DNA of 64,000 bases, from positions 270,196,001-270,260,000 of the forward strand of contig OZ024743.1 of NCBI GenBank assembly GCA_964016885.1, written 5' to 3'. Each line of letters starts with the position of its first letter. Positions within the stretch are counted from its first letter, which is position 1. A model generated the notes under the pieces. It was not told the origin of the DNA. It made no database searches and saw only the letters and a program-made list of their open reading frames with translations. Source of the DNA: Eledone cirrhosa (lineage: Eukaryota). Positions 57,140 to 64,000 of the stretch are shown here, one piece after another. A program made the position numbers and the translations under genes.

Positions 57140-60100
57140 GTTGGGGTAGTGTTTCAGGTGGTGTTGATGTTAGTGGTGTTGGTAGTAGTGTTTGAGGAGG
57201 TGTTGTTGTTAGTGGTGTTGGGGTAGTGTTTGAGGTGGTGTTGATTTTAGTGGTGTTGGTAGTAGTGTTTGAGATTGTATTGATGTTAGTGGTATTGGTA
57301 GTAGTGTTTGAGGAGGTGTTGATGTTAGTGGTATTGGGGTAGTGTTTGAGGTGGTGTTGATGTTAGTGGTGTTGGGGTAGTGTTTGAGGTGGTGTTGATG
57401 TTAGTGGTGTTGGTAGTAGTGTTTGAGGTTGTATTGATGTTAGTGGTATTGGTAGTAGTGTTTGAGGAGGTGTTGATGTTAGTGGTATTGGGGTAGTGTT
57501 TGAGGTGGTGTTGATGTTAGTGCTGTTGGTAGTAGTGTTTGAGGTGGTTTTGATGTTAGTGGTGTTGGTAGTAGTGTTTGAGGTGGTGTTGATGTTAGTG
57601 GTATTGGTAGTAGTGTTTGAGGAGGTGTTGGTGTTAGTGGTGTTGGTAGCAGTGTTTGAGGTGGTGTTGATGTTAGTGGTGTTGGTAGTAGTGTTTGAGG
57701 AGGTGTTGATGTTAGTGGTGTTGGGGGTAGTGTTTGAGGTGGTGTTGATGTTAGCGGTGTTGGTAGTAGTGTTTGAGGTGGTGTTGATGTTAGTGGTGTT
57801 GGGGGTAGTGTTTGAGGTGGTGTTGGTGTTAGTGGTGTTGGCAGTATTGTTTGAGGTGGTGTTGATGTTAGTGGTATTGGTAGTAGTGTTTGAGGTGGTG
57901 TTGATGTTAGTGGTGTTGGTAGTAGTGTTTGAGGTGGTGTTGATGTTAGTGGTGTTGGGGGTAGTGTTTGAGGTGGTGTTGATGTTAGTGGTGTTGGTAG
58001 TAGTGTTTGAGGAGGTGTTGATGTTAGTGGTGTTGGGGTAGTGTTTGAGGTGGTGTTGATGTTAGTGGTGTTGGTAGTAGTGTTTGAGGAGGTGTTGATG
58101 TTAGTGTTGTTGGGGTAGTGTTTGAGGTGGTGTTGATGTTAGTGGTGTTGGTAGTAGTGTTTGTGGTTGTATTGATGTTAGTGGTATTGGTAGTAGTGTT
58201 TCAGGAGGTGTTGATGTTAGTGGTATTGTGGTAGTGTTTGAGGTGGTGTTGATGTTAGTGGTGTTGGGGTAGTGTTTGAGGTGGTGTTGATGTTAGTGGT
58301 GTTGGTAGTAGTGTTTGAGGTTGTATTGATGTTAGTGGTATTGGTAGTAGTGTTTGAGGAGGTGTTGATGTTAGTGGTATTGGGGTAGTGTTTGAGGTGG
58401 TGTTGATGTTAGTGGTGTTGGTAGTAGTGTTTGAGGTGGTATTGATGTTAGTGGTGTTGGTAGTAGTGTTTGAGGTGGTGTTGATGTTAGTGGTATTGGT
58501 AGTAGTGTTTGAGGAGGTGTTGATGTTAGTGGTGTTGGTAGTAGTGTTTGAGGTGGTGTTGATGTTAGTGGTGTTGGTAGTAGTGTTTGAGGAGGTGTTG
58601 ATGTTAGTGGTGTTGGTAGTAGTGTTTGAGGTGGTGTTGATGTTAGTGGTATTGGTAGTAGTGTTTGAGGAGGTGTTGATGTTAGTGGTGTTGGTAGCAG
58701 TGTTTGAGGTGGTGTTGATGTTAGTGGTGTTGGTAGTAGTGTTTGAGGAGGTGTTGATGTTAGTGGTGTTGGTAGTAGTGTTTGAGGTGGTGTTGATGTT
58801 AGTGGTATTGGTAGTAGTGTTTGAGGAGGTGTTGATGTTAGTGGTGTTGGTAGTAGTGTTTGAGGTGGTGTTGATGTTAGTGGTGTTAGTAGTAGTGTTT
58901 GAGGTGGTGTTGATGTTAGTGGTGTTGGTAGTAGTGTTTGAGGAGGTGTTGATGTTAGTGGTGTTGGTAGTAGTGTTTGAGGAGGTGTTGATGTTAGTGG
59001 TGTTGGTAGTAGTGTTTGAGGTGGTGTTGATGTTAGTGGTATTGGTAGTAGTGTTTGAGGAGGTGTTGATGTTAGTGGTGTTGGTAGTAGTGTTTGAGGT
59101 GGTGTTGATGTTAGTGGTGTTGGTAGTAGTGTTTGAGGTGGTGTTGATGTTAGTGGTGTTGGTAGTAGTGTTTGAGGAGGTGTTGATGATGTTAGTGGTG
59201 TTGGTAGTAGTGTTTGAGGTTGTATTGATGTTAGTGGTATTGGTAGTAGTGTTTGAGGAGGTGTTGATGTTAGTGGTGTTGGTAGTAGTGTTTGAGGTGG
59301 TGTTGATGTTAGTGGTATTGGTAGTATTGTTTGAGGTGGTATTGATGTTAGTGGTGTTGGTAGTAGTGTTTGAGGTGGTGTTGATGTTAGTGGTATTGGT
59401 AGTAGTGTTTGAGGAGGTGTTGATGTTAGTGGTGTTGGTAGTAGTGTTTGAGGTGGTGTTAATGTTAGTGGTGTTGGTAGTAGTGTTTGAGGAGGTGTTG
59501 ATGTTAGTGGTATTGGTAGTAGTGTTTGAGGAGGTGTTGATGTTAGTGGTGTTGGTAGTAGTGTTTGAGGTGGTGTTGATGTTAGTGGTGTTGGTAGTAG
59601 TGTTTGAGGTGGTGTTGATGTTAGTGGTGTTTGTAGTAGTGTTTGAGGAGGTGTTGATGTTAGTGGTGTTGGTAGTAGTGTTTGAGGTGGTGTTGATGTT
59701 AGTGGTATTGGTAGTAGTGTTTGAGGAGGTGTTGATGTTAGTGGTGTTGGTAGTAGTGTTTGAGGTGGTGTTAATGTTAGTGGTGTTGGTAGTAGTGTTT
59801 GAGGAGGTGTTGATGTTAGTGGTATTGGTAGTAGTGTTTGAGGAGGTGTTGATGTTAGTGGTGTTGGTAGTAGTGTTTGAGGTGGTGTTGATGTTAGTGG
59901 TGTTGGTAGTAGTGTTTGAGGTGGTGTTGATGTTAGTGGTGTTTGTAGTAGTGTTTGAGGAGGTGTTGATGTTAGTGGTGTTGGTAGTAGTGTTTGAGGT
60001 GGTGTTGATGTTAGTGGTGTTGGGGGTAGTGTTTGAGGTGGTGTTGATGTTAGTGGTGTTGGGGGTAGTGTTTGAGGTGGTGTTGATGTTAGTGGTGTTG

Positions 60101-63100
60101 GTAGTAGTGTTTGAGGAGGTGTTGATGTTAGTGGTGTTGGGGTAGTGTTTGAGGTGGTGTTGATGTTAGTGGTGTTGGTAGTAGTGTTTGAGGAGGTGTT
60201 GATGTTAGTGTTGTTGGGGTAGTGTTTGAGGTGGTGTTGATGTTAGTGGTGTTGGTAGTAGTGTTTGAGGTTGTATTGATGTTAGTGGTATTGGTAGTAG
60301 TGTTTGAGGAGGTGTTGATGTTAGTGGTATTGTGGTAGTGTTTGAGGTGGTGTTGATGTTAGTGGTGTTGGGGTAGTGTTTGAGGTGGTGTTGATGTTAG
60401 TGGTGTTGGTAGTAGTGTTTGAGGTTGTATTGATGTTAGTGGTATTGGTAGTAGTGTTTGAGGAGGTGTTGATGTTAGTGGTATTGGGGTAGTGTTTGAG
60501 GTGGTGTTGATGTTAGTGGTGTTGGTAGTAGTGTTTGAGGTGGTATTGATGTTAGTGGTGTTGGTAGTAGTGTTTGAGGTGGTGTTGATGTTAGTGGTAT
60601 TGGTAGTAGTGTTTGAGGAGGTGTTGATGTTAGTGGTGTTGGTAGTAGTGTTTGAGGTGGTGTTGATGTTAGTGGTGTTGGTAGTAGTGTTTGAGGTGGT
60701 GTTGATGTTAGTGGTGTTGGTAGTAGTGTTTGAGGAGGTGTTGATGTTAGTGGTGTTGGTAGTAGTGTTTGAGGAGGTGTTGATGTTAGTGGTATTGGTA
60801 GTAGTGTTTGAGGAGGTGTTGATGTTAGTGGTGTTGGTAGCAGTGTTTGAGGTGGTGTTGATGTTAGTGGTGTTGGTAGTAGTGTTTGAGGAGGTGTTGA
60901 TGTTAGTGGTGTTGGTAGTAGTGTTTGAGGTGGTGTTGATGTTAGTGGTATTGGTAGTAGTGTTTGAGGAGGTGTTGATGTTAGTGGTGTTGATGTTAGT
61001 GGTGTTAGTAGTAGTGTTTGAGGTGGTGTTGATGTTAGTGGTGTTGGTAGTAGTGTTTGAGGAGGTGTTGATGTTAGTGGTGTTGGTAGTAGTGTTTGAG
61101 GAGGTGTTGATGTTAGTGGTGTTGGTAGTAGTGTTTGAGGTGGTGTTGATGTTAGTGGTATTGGTAGTAGTGTTTGAGGAGGTGTTGATGTTAGTGGTGT
61201 TGGTAGTAGTGTTTGAGGTGGTGTTGATGTTAGTGGTGTTGGTAGTAGTGTTTGAGGTGGTGTTGATGTTAGTGGTGTTGGTAGTAGTGTTTGAGGAGGT
61301 GTTGATGATGTTAGTGGTGTTGGTAGTAGTGTTTGAGGTTGTATTGATGTTAGTGGTATTGGTAGTAGTGTTTGAGGAGGTGTTGATGTTAGTGGTGTTG
61401 GTAGTAGTGTTTGAGGTGGTGTTGATGTTAGTGGTATTGGTAGTATTGTTTGAGGTGGTATTGATGTTAGTGGTGTTGGTAGTAGTGTTTGAGGTGGTGT
61501 TGATGTTAGTGGTATTGGTAGTAGTGTTTGAGGAGGTGTTGATGTTAGTGGTGTTGGTAGTAGTGTTTGAGGTGGTGTTAATGTTAGTGGTGTTGGTAGT
61601 AGTGTTTGAGGAGGTGTTGATGTTAGTGGTGTTGGTAGTAGTGTTTGAGGTGGTGTTGATGTTAGTGGTGTTGGTAGTAGTGTTTGAGGTGGTGTTGATG
61701 TTAGTGGTGTTTGTAGTAGTGTTTGAGGAGGTGTTGATGTTAGTGGTGTTGGTAGTAGTGTTTGAGGTGGTGTTGATGTTAGTGGTGTTGGGGGTAGTGT
61801 TTGAGGTGGTGTTGATGTTAGCGGTGTTGGTAGTAGTGTTTGAGGTGGTGTTGATGTTAGTGGTGTTGGGGGTAGTGTTTGAGGTGGTGTTGGTGTTAGT
61901 GGTGTTGGCAGTATTGTTTGAGGTGGTGTTGATGTTAGTGGTATTGGTAGTAGTGTTTGAGGTGGTGTTGATGTTAGTGGTGTTGGTAGTAGTGTTTGAG
62001 GTGGTGTTGATGTTAGTGGTGTTGGTAGTAGTGTTTGAGGAGGTGTTGATGTTAGTGGTGTTGGGGTAGTGTTTGAGGTGGTGTTGATGTTGGTGGTGTT
62101 GGTAGTAGTGTTTGAGGAGGTGTTGATGTTAGTGGTGTTGGGGTAGTGTTTGAGGTGGTGTTGATGTTAGTGGTGTTGGTAGTAGTGTTTGAGGTTGTAT
62201 TGATGTTAGTGGTATTGGTAGTAGTGTTTGAGGAGGTGTTGATGTTAGTGGTATTGTGGTAGTGTTTGAGGTGGTGTTGATGTTAGTGGTGTCGGGGTAG
62301 TGTTTGAGGTGGTGTTGATGTTAGTGGTGTTGGTAGTAGTGTTTGAGGTTGTATTGATGTTAGTGGTATTGGTAGTAGTGTTTGAGGAGGTGTTGATGTT
62401 AGTGGTATTGGGGTAGTGTTTGAGGTGGTGTTGATGTTAGTGGTGTTGGTAGTAGTGTTTGAGGTGGTATTGATGTTAGTGGTGTTGGTAGTAGTGTTTG
62501 AGGTGGTGTTGATGTTAGTGGTATTGGTAGTAGTGTTTGAGGAGGTGTTGATGTTAGTGGTGTTGGTAGTAGTGTTTGAGGTGGTGTTGATGTTAGTGGT
62601 GTTGGGGGTAGTGTTTGAGGTGGTGTTGGTGTTAGTGGTGTTGGTAGTATTGTTTGAGGTGGTGTTGATGTTAGTGGTATTGGTAGTAGTGTTTGAGGTG
62701 GTGTTGATGTTAGTGGTGTTGGTAGTAGTGTTTGAGGTTGTATTGATGTTAGTGGTATTGGTAGTAGTGTTTGAGGAGGTGTTGATGTTAGTGGTGTTGG
62801 TAGTAGTGTTTGAGGTGGTGTTGATGTTAGTGGTGTTGGGGGTAGTGTTTGAGGTGATGTTGAAGTTAGCGGTGTTGGTAGTAGTGTTTGAGGTGGTGTT
62901 GATGTTAGTGGTATTGGTAGTAGTGTTTGAGGTGGTGTTGATGTTAGTTGTATTGGGGTAGTGTTTGAGGTGGTGTTGGTGTTAGTGGTGTTGGCAGTAT
63001 TGTTTGAGGTGGTGTTGATGTTAGTGGTATTGGTAGTAGTGTTTGAGGTGGTGTTGATGTTAGTGGTGTTGGTAGTAGTGTTTGAGGTGGTGTTGATGTT

Positions 63101-63700
63101 AGCGGTGTTGGTAGTAGTGTTTGAGGTGGTGTTGATGTTAGTGGTGTTGGGGGTAGTGTTTGAGGTGGTGTTGGTGTTAGTGGTGTTGGCAGTATTGTTT
63201 GAGGTGGTGTTGATGTTAGTGGTATTGGTAGTAGTGTTTGAGGTGGTGTTGATGTTAGTGGTGTTGGTAGTAGTGTTTGAGGTGGTGTTGATGTTAGTGG
63301 TGTTGGTAGTAGTGTTTGAGGAGGTGTTGATGTTAGTGGTGTTGGGGTAGTGTTTGAGGTGGTGTTGATGTTAGTGGTGTTGGTAGTAGTGTTTGAGGAG
63401 GTGTTGATGTTAGTTGTGTTGGGGTAGTGTTTTAGGTGGTGTTGATGTTAGTGGTGTTGGTAGTAGTGTTTGAGGTTGTATTGATGTTAGTGGTATTGGT
63501 AGTAGTGTTTGAGGAGGTGTTGATGTTAGTGGTATTGGGGTAGTGTTTGAGGTGGTGTTGATGTTAGTGGTGTTGGGGTAGTGTTTGAGGTGGTGTTGAT
63601 GTTAGTGGTGTTGGTAGTAGTGTTTGAGGTTGTATTGATGTTAGTGGTATTGGTAGTAGTGTTTGAGGAGGTGTTGATGTTAGTGGTATTGGTAGTAGTG
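57140..63700. repeat. Higher-order repeat region punctuated by a recurring module of about 350 bp rich in 38-bp (1-bp-deleted) units
   Basis: Gaps of 347 bp between shadow ORFs at 57149-57496, 58041-58388, 60145-60492 and 62069-62416, with a similar module from 63350. Spacings are 892, 2104 and 1924 bp. The ATG triplet insertion (TTGATGATG) is shared at about 59185 and 61305. Confidence 0.85.
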
Positions 63701-64000
63701 TTTGAGGTGGTGTTGGTAGTAGTGTTTGAGGAGGTTTTGATGTTAGTGGTGTTGGTAGTAGTGTTTGAGGTGGTGTTGATGTTAGTGGTATTGGTAGTAG
63801 TGTTTGAGGAGGTGTTGATGTTAGTGGTGTTGGTAGTAGTGTTTGAGGTGGTGTTGATGTTAGTGGTGTTGGTAGTAGAGTTTGAGGTGGTGTTGATGTT
63901 AGTGGTGTTGGTAGTAGTGTTTGAGGAGGTGTTGATGTTAGTGATGTTGGTAGTAGTGTTTGAGGTGGTGTTGATGTTAGTGGTGTTGGGGGTAGTGTTT

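Larger units (their letters stand above)
1..64000. repeat. Giant tandem array (minisatellite/satellite) of a 39-bp unit GAGGTGGTGTTGATGTTAGTGGTGTTGGTAGTAGTGTTT, about 1,640 copies, all in one orientation, extending beyond both window ends
   Basis: The unit is directly readable throughout. Every ORF-track translation shows 13-residue periodicity. Most units differ from consensus by only a few substitutions or none, and no unique sequence interrupts the array. Confidence 0.99.

Noticed and set aside
3-63350. Dozens of + strand ORFs encoding (EVVLMLVVLVVVF)n, superficially membrane proteins
   Set aside because: These are shadow frames of the repeat: almost purely Val/Leu with no loops or domains, and their starts and stops are just unit variants or 1-bp deletions.
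1-64000. CRISPR array (unit length is in the CRISPR range)
   Set aside because: Units are directly adjacent with no unique spacers, no palindrome, no leader and no cas genes.
1-64000. + strand frame GGVDVSGVGSSV* with only one TGA per unit, which would be open if TGA were recoded (Trp/Gly/Sec)
   Set aside because: It is simply the codon-aligned antisense of the Thr/Asn frame. Nothing indicates an alternative code, and the frameshifts would break it anyway.
1-64000. Using synonymous-site bias to pick the true coding frame
   Set aside because: By eye it is inconclusive. GGTATT, GACGTG and GAGGTTGTA are silent in the Thr/Asn frame, GCGGTG, GAGGAG and GTCTGAG are silent in the Pro/Thr frame, and other variants change both. 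This looks close to neutral and needs a duplication-corrected count.
1-64000. Bisulfite-converted or synthetic/artefactual sequence as the cause of the missing C
   Set aside because: C does occur in both CpG and non-CpG variants (GTCT, GACC, GCTA, TTCA), and the nested duplication history of the variants looks like natural array evolution.

Overview
The whole 64 kb window is one uninterrupted head-to-tail tandem array of a 39-bp unit, + strand consensus GAGGTGGTGTTGATGTTAGTGGTGTTGGTAGTAGTGTTT (about 1,640 copies, estimated as 64000/39). It runs off both ends of the window, and I see no unique sequence, conventional gene, RNA gene, transposon or CRISPR spacer. The consensus has 17 G, 17 T, 5 A and no C. 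Three frames of the consensus are stop-free: a + strand Val/Leu shadow frame (EVVLMLVVLVVVF, the source of nearly all listed ORFs and almost certainly not real), and two minus-strand mucin-like frames, NTTTNTTNINTTS (three N-x-T sequons per 13 aa) and TLLPTPLTSTPPQ. Copied 1-bp deletions and stop codons break both minus frames, so the window is not one intact CDS. The longest stop-free stretch is about 10.5 kb (36036 to 25534, minus strand). The informative signal lies in the unit variants: multi-kb higher-order duplications (periods of about 5116, 2439, 2104/1924, 1926, 1893 and 1417 bp), a left-to-right turnover of variant types, a 38-bp unit confined to the right half, 15/24-bp microhomology indels, and one error-like patch near 52-53.4 kb. 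Best reading: a giant minisatellite/satellite, possibly derived from or partly serving as a Thr/Asn- or Pro/Thr-rich mucin-type coding repeat. The organism and any function cannot be determined from this window, and I cannot show a new multi-gene system here.
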